The notes beneath the pieces are model-generated. The model made no database searches, had not been told where the DNA came from, and worked only from the letters and a program-made list of their open reading frames with translations. 64,000 nt of DNA from Squalus acanthias (Eukaryota), in contig CM059432.1 in assembly GCA_030390025.1 (NCBI GenBank), positions 46,998,001 to 47,062,000 of the forward strand, written 5' to 3'. Within the stretch, counting starts at the first letter, position 1; each line of letters opens with the position of its first letter. Made by a program: the position numbers and the translations under genes. Shown here one piece after another: positions 10,520 through 20,504 of the stretch.

Positions 10520-13500
10520 TTAAATCCTGAGAAGGCTGCTGCGAGCTCTTCCCGACGGTGGGAGGGCACTGACCCTTCCCTCTGATCTGCCGCAGCCTGT
10601 TGCTGCGCTGACCCTTTCCTCTGATCTGCCGCAGCCTGTTACTGCCTCGATGTGGCCTGTCTCTACCCGGGTTATCTTAACCTGAAACTTACGCCCTGGG
10701 GCAGCCTGTGGACCTGACCACGTCTTCCTGGGCTGGGGTACTCTGCTTGACCTACGGGGAATTGCTATGGGCGGGGGCTCCGTGACGGACGGACCGGGTC
10801 CCGAGACCTTCAACGGGATGACCTGGGGTTCCATCACAGGCGCCAGCCCCGCCTCCGCTGACTCCGCCTCCCTAACCTCGGGGCTGGCAGTTCGGGGCCC
10901 CGCCCTGCTCGGCCCAGCAGGCGGCCCTTCACTCGCGAACTCTGCCTCCCCTGAGGACTGGACGTTCAAAGCGGGCGGCCACACCTCTGGGAACCACATA
11001 GCGGCTGGCCCGGCCTCCTCTAGCTCCTTCCTCCTGCTGTCGGGACCTGCAGCTTGTGTGTCCACCCCGTATGGATCTCTACCTAGCGGCCCCAATCCTT
11101 CCAGACCGTTCCTCTGAAACCACCCGTCATCATCACTATGCTCATCTGCACTATCCTCATCTGACCAGGGTACCCTGGGGTCCTCGTCATCTAACCCCCA
11201 ACTCCAGAAAAACGCTGCATGATCGTCCGGGATGTCCCTTCCCCTGATGCAAGCTGCTACGCCTGCCTGTGTGCCTTGTGGTCCTACCTGGGGCTGTGTT
11301 TTCCCATTGGCGGGATTTACCCCTGTAGTTTTCCCTTGCGCACCCGGCTGGTACAGTTTACATTGGTTTATGTGGAACCACTTAGTGCGCCGAGGTACTT
11401 TTACGGCGTAAACCATGGGACTCGCCTTGTCTACAATGTTGTAGGGTCCCATATACAGTGGTTCCAGACTCCCTACTCTGGCGTAGTTTCTGACCATGAC
11501 CTGGTCTCCTACTTCCCACTCCCGCGTTTTGCGGGGTTCCAGCAACAAGCGATTGCCCTGGTGCTGCCTTCCCATGTTCCCAGCCGCCTGCTCATAAACT
11601 TGCTTCAGGCGCTCCAAGAGAGTTTGGGCGAACTTGTCCCTGCTGATCTCTTGAAGCTGACCCTCAGTGAGCACCGGGGCTAGCACATGGGTGGGGGTTC
11701 GCATGAGCCTGCCGGTCATTACCTCGTGCGGGGAGTACCCCGTACTTTTTGACTGACTGGCCCGGACCCCCATGAGGACTAAAGGCAGAACTTCCGCCCA
11801 TTTTTGGGGCGAGTTCCTAGTCTCTTTCCTCAATTTCTCCTTCAGGGTCCGGTTCATACGTTCAACAATCCCGGATGACTGGGGATTGTGTGCTACGTGC
11901 CACTTCCCTTCAATGCCCAAAAGCATGAGGGTGTTCTGCATCACCTGGCCGGTGAAATGACTCCCTTGGTCTGACTCCACGAAACGGGGGAGTCCCCACC
12001 GCGAGAACACTTCCCGGACCAAGATTTTTGCTGTACCCAGTGCCGTAGCTGTTCGACAAGGGAAGGCTTCCACCCACTTGGAAAACACATCCACCAGGAC
12101 GAGGCAGTACTTATAACCTCCCTGGGTGGTGGGCAGGGGTCCTATATAGTCGATCTGTATCGACTGCCATGGTCCCTCTACCCTTCTTACGTGTCCCATG
12201 GGCACCTTCCTTTTCTGGGGGTCTGGGTTGTTTGCAGCGCACACAAGACAGTTTGCACAGAACTCGCGGACTTGTTCCCTGAGCCCTGGCCACCATCCCG
12301 CTTGCTCTACCCGTTGCCAGGTAACCTCGGGCCCGGGGTGCCCTGCCCCTGGTCCCTCGTGAGCCAACTGGAGGAATTCCCTCCTGTGCTGCTGCGGCAC
12401 AACCCACTGCTCCTCGCGGAACAGCATGCCTTCCTTTACTGAGAGGGTTGCCGTACTGTACGGACCTTCTACCTGCCTCCCCTCAGCAATCGTTTTTAGG
12501 ACTGCTTTTAGGGCGGGATCCTGGGCTTGGACGGTCTTGAGGTCTAGGGGCAATGCTACCCTGGTGTTCCCGGTATTCCCGTCCCCACCTCGGACCGCTG
12601 CTATGGGTCCGGTTCTATAGGGGTTCCAGAAAGTACCGTCGCGGGCACCCTCCCTGGCTAGCGCATCCGCCTGCCGGTTGCCCTCCCCACGGGGCTCTGT
12701 GGAGGAGTGAGCTTTCACCTTATGGATGAAAATCTCCCCTTCCTCCCCTACTGCTGCTGCTAAGATCTTCTCCAGCAAGGGCTTTACCGTTAAAGGTCGC
12801 CCGTCCGCGGAGGTGTATCCACGGCGGGACCAAATGGCCAGGTATTCCGTACACGAATTGCAGGTGAACATACTGTCCGAGCAAATCGTGTATGGGGTTG
12901 GGAAAATGTCTGGGTGGGTTACCACGTACACCACGGCAGACAGCTCAGCCTGCTGCGCGCTCATGGTGCTAGGGAGCTTGATCGCCAGGGCAAGGTCTGC
13001 CGCAGGGTCATAAACTCCACACCCTGTGAGTCGCTCGCCAGCAGATACTGTGCTAGACCCATCAACATAAATCTCGCGCCCAGTGGGATGTATCCCGGCC
13101 CGTAAACCTATGTTGACTTCCCACACCCCCTCCACCGAACACCGGTGGGCTGTACCGGGGTATACCAAATTGGCCGCAAGCCTGGGCTCGCAAAGACCTT
13201 TTACTCTGATGTCCAACTGGGAGAGAAGAAGGGTCCAACGCGCAATGCGTGCGCTGCTTACGGTCCCGTCTTTAATCCTCCCATCCAGAAGCATCTTAGT
13301 TGGTGTGTGATGTGTGAGGAGAGTGATGGGAGAGAGCCCTGTGAAGATCGCTGATCTTTTCACAGCCCAATGCGTGGCTAAAAGGTGCCTTTCGCAATTG
13401 GAAAAACTTCTCTCCACATCCGTTAATACCCTGGATGAATAGACAACCGGCCTTAGCTTGCCGTGACGCTCTTGGAGCAGCACGGCGCTTAAGCTGTCTC

Positions 13501-15022
13501 CGCTGGCAGCTACCTCCAGGAAAAACTCCTTCCCCCCATCTATGGCCCCTAAGGCTGGCGCGGTCTGCAGATCTCTTTTTAACTTCTCGAAGGCTGCTTG
13601 GCAGCCCTCGTCCCAAAGCCACTCTACTCCCTTATGGAGGAGTCGGAGGAGCGGCGCCGCTGTGGCCGCATAATCCTCGATAAAATCCCTGCAGTAACCG
13701 GTCAGTCCCAAGAAGGACCTCACACCCCTTACGTTGTTGGGAATCGGTAATTCTTGTACCGACTCCCTCCTTGCTTTGTCTATGGCTCTTTCCCCAGCGC
13801 GTAGGGTCAGTCCCAGGAATTTTACTTCCTGCTGACCGATACGTGCTTTCTTTGGGTTTACTTTAAAACCCTTTCTCGCTAACAGCTCCAATAACTCGTC
13901 CAGCAGTGGTCCGTGCTCCTCCCTTGAGTCCGTAAATAGGAGCAAATCATCCACATACTGTACTATCTGATTGGGCTGACTAAACTCCTTTAAACTTCCT
14001 GCCATACACTGGTGAAAAATACTGGGGCTATTGTGGAAACCTTGTGGCAAGCAGTTCCACGTGTACTGTTGCCCTTTAAACGTAAAGGCAAACTTGTACT
14101 GGTCCTCTCGCCGCAGCGGGATGGACCAAAAACCGTTCGAGATATCCAGCACCGTGAACGTGGTCGCGGACGCTGGGATGCTCCCTATTAGGTCAGCAAC
14201 TGCTGCTACTGTGGGCGCGCAGGCGGGGATGTTACTGTTAAGGACTCTGTAGTCCACCGTGGCTCTCCACGAATTATCCGGCTTCCTAACCGGCCATAAT
14301 GGGGAGTTCACGTGTGTGGCTATCGGCCTCAACACGCCCTGCTGCACCAAGGAAGACATTGCTGCCTCCATATCGGGTTCTGCTTCTTTGGGGAAGTTAT
14401 ACTGCTTTTGGGGTCGGGTCATGGGGTCCCCATCTACGCTGACCTCAAACCCGACCACCCTCCCACAATCGTGCTTGTGGGTTGCAAACGCGTGCATATT
14501 ATCTGTCACGTACGTTTGCATGTCCGTTGGGACATCTGCGACCATAAGCCTGAGGTCGTAGCCTCCGGATGGCTGTACGGTACACAGGACCCCTGTTTCT
14601 TCCTCCCCTTGAATTACCATTACCTCGCCTTTTTCCCCTTTAGCCCCCCAGAGACAGTGATTTCTGAGGTCCACGAGGATCCCGTGTCCCGCTAGCAGAT
14701 CGGACCCGAGAATACCTCTTCCACCCCCCTTTTGCCATGCCATTAGTATACACTTCCACTTAAGGCGAAGTGTCCCTAAACGAATGGATAGCGGGAGGGA
14801 AAATGTGCCAGCCTGTTCTTTCCCTGTGAACCCTGCTAGCGTGAATGGGACCTTGGTAGATAGCGGCGAGTCAAAAGGGTCATCTGTATGGATTATGGTG
14901 CAAGAAGCTCCCGTGTCCAACAAATAACTGCCCTTTTGTTTCTCTACCTCCATCTCCACCACAGGTCGCCTCCACGCATCATAGCTGAGCGGACACAGGT
15001 AGACGGGCTGTGCTGGTTCTAG
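10520..15022 (-). CDS. pol: Pol (PR-RT-tether-RNase H-IN plus C-terminal extension), in frame with gag after a single TGA
   Basis: LLDTGAS protease; LPQGF and YVDD RT; YVDGSS/AQQAEL/SDS/GNRQAD RNase H; HHCC, QIDY/SDQG/VER DDE integrase; GPY motif. Confidence 0.95.
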   Translation of the reverse strand, partial: LEPAQPVYLCPLSYDAWRRPVVEMEVEKQKGSYLLDTGASCTIIHTDDPFDSPLSTKVPFTLAGFTGKEQAGTFSLPLSIRLGTLRLKWKCILMAWQKGGGRGILGSDLLAGHGILVDLRNHCLWGAKGEKGEVMVIQGEEETGVLCTVQPSGGYDLRLMVADVPTDMQTYVTDNMHAFATHKHDCGRVVGFEVSVDGDPMTRPQKQYNFPKEAEPDMEAAMSSLVQQGVLRPIATHVNSPLWPVRKPDNSWRATVDYRVLNSNIPACAPTVAAVADLIGSIPASATTFTVLDISNGFWSIPLRREDQYKFAFTFKGQQYTWNCLPQGFHNSPSIFHQCMAGSLKEFSQPNQIVQYVDDLLLFTDSREEHGPLLDELLELLARKGFKVNPKKARIGQQEVKFLGLTLRAGERAIDKARRESVQELPIPNNVRGVRSFLGLTGYCRDFIEDYAATAAPLLRLLHKGVEWLWDEGCQAAFEKLKRDLQTAPALGAIDGGKEFFLEVAASGDSLSAVLLQERHGKLRPVVYSSRVLTDVERSFSNCERHLLATHWAVKRSAIFTGLSPITLLTHHTPTKMLLDGRIKDGTVSSARIARWTLLLSQLDIRVKGLCEPRLAANLVYPGTAHRCSVEGVWEVNIGLRAGIHPTGREIYVDGSSTVSAGERLTGCGVYDPAADLALAIKLPSTMSAQQAELSAVVYVVTHPDIFPTPYTICSDSMFTCNSCTEYLAIWSRRGYTSADGRPLTVKPLLEKILAAAVGEEGEIFIHKVKAHSSTEPRGEGNRQADALAREGARDGTFWNPYRTGPIAAVRGGDGNTGNTRVALPLDLKTVQAQDPALKAVLKTIAEGRQVEGPYSTATLSVKEGMLFREEQWVVPQQHRREFLQLAHEGPGAGHPGPEVTWQRVEQAGWWPGLREQVREFCANCLVCAANNPDPQKRKVPMGHVRRVEGPWQSIQIDYIGPLPTTQGGYKYCLVLVDVFSKWVEAFPCRTATALGTAKILVREVFSRWGLPRFVESDQGSHFTGQVMQNTLMLLGIEGKWHVAHNPQSSGIVERMNRTLKEKLRKETRNSPQKWAEVLPLVLMGVRASQSKSTGYSPHEVMTGRLMRTPTHVLAPVLTEGQLQEISRDKFAQTLLERLKQVYEQAAGNMGRQHQGNRLLLEPRKTREWEVGDQVMVRNYARVGSLEPLYMGPYNIVDKASPMVYAVKVPRRTKWFHINQCKLYQPGAQGKTTGVNPANGKTQPQVGPQGTQAGVAACIRGRDIPDDHAAFFWSWGLDDEDPRVPWSDEDSADEHSDDDGWFQRNGLEGLGPLGRDPYGVDTQAAGPDSRRKELEEAGPAAMWFPEVWPPALNVQSSGEAEFASEGPPAGPSRAGPRTASPEVREAESAEAGLAPVMEPQVIPLKVSGPGPSVTEPPPIAIPRRSSRVPQPRKTWSGPQAAPGRKFQVKITRVETGHIEAVTGCGRSEERVSAATGCGRSEGRVSALPPSGRARSSLLRI

Positions 15023-16834
15023 TCATGGGGCACTATTAGACGGTCCTGCGGCACCTACGGGGCCGGTTGCGACCGCCACCTGTCCACGCGCATTCAAAAC
15101 CATCTTGCGCATGACTCCTAACACTGCCTCGAGGTCTTCGGGAGAGGTGGGTGCCTTTGCTTCCTTAGCCGGGACAGGCGCCTGGGCTCGGACCGCGGGA
15201 TTTTTATCCTTGGAATCCTTCCAAGGGTTCCTGCAGTGCTTGCGCCAGTGCCCTGTCTTCCCACACCCGTAACAGGCATTACTTGCCTGTGGGGCGCGAT
15301 TACCCTCCTGATGCCACTCTCTTTGAGCCGGGGCTGCGGGTCGTACCTCATGTACTCTTCCCTTAAAGGGACGTGTTGCCATACCCCTTATGTTACGGTA
15401 ACCTAACGTGAGTCGATTCAAGACCGACTCTTCCGTAAGGTTGAGGTCATTGGGATCGAACCAGGCTTTTGCCTGCTCTCTAACGGCTGGTAAACTGTTG
15501 GCTATTATGCACCTAAGCCAATGAATTAAAGCGGCGCCTTCCACATCTTCGCGCTCGGGCGCACCTAGACAGCTGCGCTCATATACTGGCCACAGCCTGT
15601 CGGCAAAAACCTTCGGGGGTTCTCCCTCCATCTGCACTGTCTGTCCCACTCTAGCAAACGGACCTCCGTCGTTCGCTCCCACTACTTCTAGGACCTCATT
15701 TTTCAATTCCTCATAACTTTTATTACCCCTCTTGCTATCGCCTGAGAGACACTGAAGGACCGAGCTATCTAATGAGAACAGCAGCATTTTTGCTGTCTCC
15801 CCATCATCGCAGCCGTTGATGGCTGCGGCTTGCTCAACTTCCCTAAAATGTACGGAAGGGTCGTCTATCTCGGTCAGCTTCCTTACGTGGTTTATCATAG
15901 CCCTCAGCTGATGTGAACTGTGAGGCAACACCAGCTGTCCGAGGAGATCCCCCGGTTCTTCCCCACCGTTCCTGCTTGGGCCCCTTTTAATCCCCGTTAC
16001 TGGATACAACGATCCCTTTTCTACTTCCTTTTCAACGGGCTCTTTTGTTTCTTCCGTTGCTTCCTCCCTAACCCAGGTTTCTGAATAGCTGGGTGGCGCG
16101 GAGGGCGCAGTGGCTACTACTTCTTCCGCTTTACATGGTGGGGAATTTCTAAATCTCTCATTTACTAGCGGCTGGCGTGCCGACGGATTAATAAGGCACA
16201 CCATGCCGTTCGCATTATTCACGGCCTTTTTGAGGCTCTCTATCTCTTTTTCGCAGGCGCTATGGTCGGCTCCCTGAAACTTATCCTCAAGGGCCAACTT
16301 ATACGCCGACCTAACCCCCATTAAGCTCTCTTCTTGAGTTCTTATCTGGGCAGCTTGACGGTTACATCTTTCCTTCATCCTACTCTCGTTTAATTTTGCT
16401 TCAGTGATCTGGCACTCGAGATACTCTACCCTTGTTTTAAGGTAGCTGGAGACTTCCTGGCTTTCCTGGCGTAACTCATTTAAACTCTTAATGAGCGCCT
16501 CCCCTCCAGAAACCTTCTCCTCCATTTCCTCCTCTAACTGCTTGATTCGAGCGGTTAGCGCTGTATTGGTCTGGTTTGAAATCTGAACCTGCCTTTTGTA
16601 GCACATAAGCCAGACTGCTTTCTCAACTGCCTTTTTATGCTCCTTACTATCCGTCCACCTTTCAGCTGCCTCTAATGGGCTCTTATCCGCTAACAGTTCG
16701 CTTATCCACTTTTTCGTTAGATTAACCTTTCCAAATACGTAATCCGCTATCTTTTCCTGCATCACATTTCGTACAGTCATTCCAAAATCTAACACACTAC
16801 CCTCTCGCTGCCAGTGTCCTGCCGCGGTCGCCAT
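15023..16834 (-). CDS. gag: Gag (603 aa): N-terminal coiled coil, PSAP/PPSY late domains, capsid-like region, CCHC zinc knuckle
   Basis: CYGCGKTGHWRKHC (15233-15274), APSAPPSY, position between PBS and pol. Confidence 0.9.
   Translation of the reverse strand: MATAAGHWQREGSVLDFGMTVRNVMQEKIADYVFGKVNLTKKWISELLADKSPLEAAERWTDSKEHKKAVEKAVWLMCYKRQVQISNQTNTALTARIKQLEEEMEEKVSGGEALIKSLNELRQESQEVSSYLKTRVEYLECQITEAKLNESRMKERCNRQAAQIRTQEESLMGVRSAYKLALEDKFQGADHSACEKEIESLKKAVNNANGMVCLINPSARQPLVNERFRNSPPCKAEEVVATAPSAPPSYSETWVREEATEETKEPVEKEVEKGSLYPVTGIKRGPSRNGGEEPGDLLGQLVLPHSSHQLRAMINHVRKLTEIDDPSVHFREVEQAAAINGCDDGETAKMLLFSLDSSVLQCLSGDSKRGNKSYEELKNEVLEVVGANDGGPFARVGQTVQMEGEPPKVFADRLWPVYERSCLGAPEREDVEGAALIHWLRCIIANSLPAVREQAKAWFDPNDLNLTEESVLNRLTLGYRNIRGMATRPFKGRVHEVRPAAPAQREWHQEGNRAPQASNACYGCGKTGHWRKHCRNPWKDSKDKNPAVRAQAPVPAKEAKAPTSPEDLEAVLGVMRKMVLNARGQVAVATGPVGAAGPSNSAP
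16816..16833 (-). promoter_or_regulatory. Primer-binding site, complementary to the tRNA-Arg(TCG) 3' end
   Basis: - strand TGGCGACCGCGGCAGGAC, 5 nt after the 5' LTR; complement of the vertebrate tRNA-Arg(TCG) end GTCCTGCCGCGGTCG-CCA (tRNA sequence recalled). Confidence 0.8.
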
Positions 16835-16838
16835 TTTC

Positions 16839-18443
16839 TGTAAGGGATACTCTCCTGACCCTGCGTGTCTCGTGGCCTGTGAGGTTCACGCGGCTCTGTG
16901 CAGCCTGTATGTCAGTGCGGGTCTAGGCCTGGTCTCCAGCCAGTCTGGGAACACTAGACACCCCTGTGAGTGGTTCGAATCACTCTCCCTTACGGTTCTA
17001 GACACTGGACTTAGATGCGAGAGCAGTAATGGAGATAAAACTCATGTAGACTTGGTTTGAACGGTACGAAATGGAAAATCTTTATTGCATGATACTTAAA
17101 ATTATGAAATACATGTCATATGCACAGATTAATGACAGTACAATCTTACAAACAGTTATAATCACTCTTAGGGAAACGAGGAACGACCAGCACAACGTAA
17201 ATAGGGCACACATTACAAATATCCTTAAACTTTAAACCCTCCCCTATCAATAACTATCCTAAAACTAGCTTCGTAGGATCCCGAGACTCATGCTCACCAC
17301 TCGTAATAACTCGGAGAAAATCCCGAATAGCTGATCGGATGTTTTTCACCGCAGCACCCACGTGTTGGTCAGGAGATCTCCTGGTCCCACTTGTTTACTG
17401 CTTCTGCTGCTCGGTCAGTCGGCTGGACCGTCCGCTGTAGTGAAGACCTCTGTTGGTTGGATACAGGGTATGGTGGAGCACCGTTGTCAATATCGCTGAT
17501 ACGATGTGTTTGCACAGTCCAGTTATCATCGATGCAATATGTCTTGTTAAAGAAGAAAACTTCCTGTCGAGAAGACTTGGCTGATCGACCTACAGGCGCG
17601 GTCGGGATTTACTGACCGTGGCGATGGATAAGGTCTTCTTCTCTTCTCCTCTCATCTCATCTCATCTCATCTCATCTCATCCCGGGCCTTCGGTTCCGCT
17701 GCCAGCTACCAACATAGGTCTTTGCAACAGTCTTTTACCCAGGAGCAGCCACGATGATAACAGCAGCAAGCGGCAAGAGTCAAGAGCAAAAGAGCAAGAG
17801 TCACGAACACGAGGCAAGAGAGCGAATGGACGGTTTGGGCCTGCAATTATAGTGCACAGTTCTTCCGTTTCCCGCCCAACTACAATGTCCATTCTTTTGT
17901 TTAAGGTTTGGCGCCCAAAAATGTCCTGTATGGGTGATCTCTGTCCTTAATGGGTTTCGGGGCTACTCCTGAATGTTTGAGTACCTGTTAATATTTCTCC
18001 CATTGTCAAATCGGTCGGTGTTCCCCCTGGAGGGGTTTGGGGCTTCCAAGTGTCCTGTATAACTACCTGCTAACGGCTCTCTCATCGTAGAGCCGTTGGG
18101 AGTTTACATATTAATGTCCTTTGGATGGGCCCTTGATGGCTTTCCTTTGTACCTGGGAGACCGATTCCAGTATCGATGTTTATACTGTAAACCCATAATG
18201 TCCTGTGTATTGTCTTCACTGTGCTGAATCGTTATCGATCCTGCAAAAATGTTTATTGGAACGCCATCTTGTCTGCCTGCCGAAAAGTCTCGAATGTTCT
18301 GTCACGCGGTGCGGCGGCCATTTTACAGGCTGCTTGTGTCCAATTTAAACCTGACAGCATTCCGTTGAAATAAAAGCTGTTTTGAACGAAACTTGTGTTT
18401 TCTCCTTATTAAAAATGAAATCGCGATAATTGCGAATTCTACA
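16839..18443 (-). repeat. 5' LTR (1605 bp)
   Basis: Direct repeat of 5858-7462 at offset 10981, TG..CA ends, followed by the PBS. Confidence 0.95.
17846..17852 (-). promoter_or_regulatory. Candidate LTR TATA box (TATAATT); YY1-like motifs further upstream in U3
   Basis: - strand cacTATAATTgcag; CGCCATCTTG and GCGGCCATTTT motifs near 18262-18325. Confidence 0.4.
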
Positions 18444-18510
18444 GGACAGAGGCCTAGAAATTGCAGTACGCTGGAAACCTCCCGGTAACCATGCAGGCCA
18501 AGGCTAATGG

Positions 18511-19432
18511 TTATATAAAACTTATAGTAAAGGATCCTCTAGGAAAGAGTGATCATAATATGATAGAATTTCACATTGAGTTTGAAAGTGACATTCTAGA
18601 GTCCGACACTAGAGTTTTAAACTTAAACAAAGCCAATTACATAGGATTGAGGGGCGAGTTAGCTAAGGTAGATTGGGAAATTAGATTAAACAGTATGACA
18701 GTAGATAAACAGTGGCAATCATTTAAAGAAATATTCCAAAATTCTCAACAAATACACATTCCATTGAGAAATAAAAACTCCACGGGAAAAGTGATCCATC
18801 CGTGGATAACTAAAGAAGTTAAGGATAGTATTAGATTAAAAGAAGAGGCTGATAATGTTGCAAAGAATAGTAGTAAGCCTAAGAATTGAGAGAGCTTTAG
18901 AAACCAGGAAAGGATATGTACAGTTTTGGTCTCCTTATTTAAATAAGGATATACTTGCCTTAGAGGCGGTGCAACGAAGGTTCACTAGATTGATCCCTGG
19001 GATGAGAGGGTTGTCCTATGAGGAGAGATTGAGTAGATTGGGCCTATACTCTCTGGAGTTTAGAAGAATGAGAGGTGGGATTGACAGGGTAGATGCTGAG
19101 AGATTGTTTCCCCTGGCTGGAGAGTCTAGAACTAGGGGGCATAGTCTCAGGATAAGGGGCTGGCCTTTTAGGACTGAGATGAGGAGGAATTTCTTCACTC
19201 AGGGTTGTGAATCTTTGGAATTCTCTGCCCCAAAGTGCTGTGGCTGCTCAGTTGTTGAGTATATTCAAGCTGAGATAGATATATTTTTGGACTCCAGAGG
19301 AATTAAGGAATATGGGGATAGGGCAGGAAAGTGGAGTTGAGGTCGATGATCAGCCATGATCTTATTGAATGGTGGAGCAGGCTCGAGGGGTCGTATGGCC
19401 TACTCCTGCTCCTAATTTTTATGTTCTTATGT
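18511..19432 (+). mobile_element. Internally deleted CR1 fragment
   Basis: PLGKSDHNMIEF then jump to VQFWSPY..QRRFTRLIPG; ttatgttcttatg tail. Confidence 0.75.
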
Positions 19433-20504
19433 ACTTCAGATCTCAGAGATCAAAACACTTAACATCCATTGGTGATTCCTAATCCAAACCTCAAGCTTAC
19501 TCTTCAAGTCACTCAGAAGTAATCACTTGCAATATTCTGCATCATCCCATTTGTTACATTCAGTATTTCAATCTCGGGCAGGACAGTTTCAAATAAGCAA
19601 ACCACCAAAAAATAAATTAAGCTGTACCTACAAATCTCAAGGGTTACCTCTCAAGACCTAGGCTTGTGAATAATATAAACACTACTACATGGAGAGTCCT
19701 GGCTGTCATACATTTGTTAGTTGAAGCGTCCTCATGGCTGTTAACACGGAGGGCGGTAAGAGAAGCGGTTTTATCCAAAATGAATGAGTGGGCGTCAACT
19801 CAGCGTTGCACGCTGATTGACGTCACGCTTCGACTAATTTCAATACTTTCAGCGAGCACAGGCAACGGCAGCGCTGCCGACCTGCCAAAAATGGCGGCCG
19901 CCGCAGGAGCCACTGGCAGTGGGTTCAAGTGCGGCGGCCGCCATTTTTTTCCTGAAGCTAGCCTTAATGGCCAGCGGTAAGACCTCAAATTTCTAGGCTA
20001 TTGTGAGGAGTATGAAGCTCTCCAGGAGGCCAGCATGCATAGGTGGCAGAGCCAGAATTCTCGAGGCAGCTTTCCCTGGGCAGGGAGAGCATGAAGCTGG
20101 AGCCTAAAGTCACATTGGAAGGGAGGGATCAAGTGAGAGGCTGGGCTGAAATTGAGCAAGGCAGGCAGCTGGGAGCACATTAGAGATTGTAGGTGAACTG
20201 AGTTCCCACATTTGATTCCACAGGTCTGCAAGACAAATGGGAAGACTGCTAAGTATCGAAAAGATTACCATGGCAATCTTGTGTAGTACAGAAAATGTTT
20301 CTCGCACTTGCTCCCAGTTTTAGGCTATGGATAAGGCAGTAATCATGCACTCTTGTCATTTCCACCCATGCTGCACTAGAGCTGGCCTTGATTGAAGGCT
20401 GGCCCTCTTCTCCAAAAAGAGACACTCTTGTCTGCAGGACCTCTAGAACTCGATCACTAAAAGGAACAAAAATAAATACAAGCTGCTTTTTTTGGGAGTA
20501 GATG

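Larger units (their letters stand above)
5858..18443 (-). mobile_element. Full-length endogenous retrovirus-like provirus LTR-gag-pol-env-LTR (lokiretrovirus-like)
   Basis: Two 1605-bp TG..CA direct repeats, 4-bp TSD GGAC (5854-5857, 18444-18447), PBS, PPT and three uninterrupted ORFs. Confidence 0.95.

Noticed and set aside
10767..14695. Many antisense and alternate-frame ORFs over pol
   Set aside because: Expected shadows of a GC-rich coding region; no independent signals
14963..15060. -1 ribosomal frameshift between gag and pol
   Set aside because: The ORFs are in the same frame and no slippery heptamer is seen
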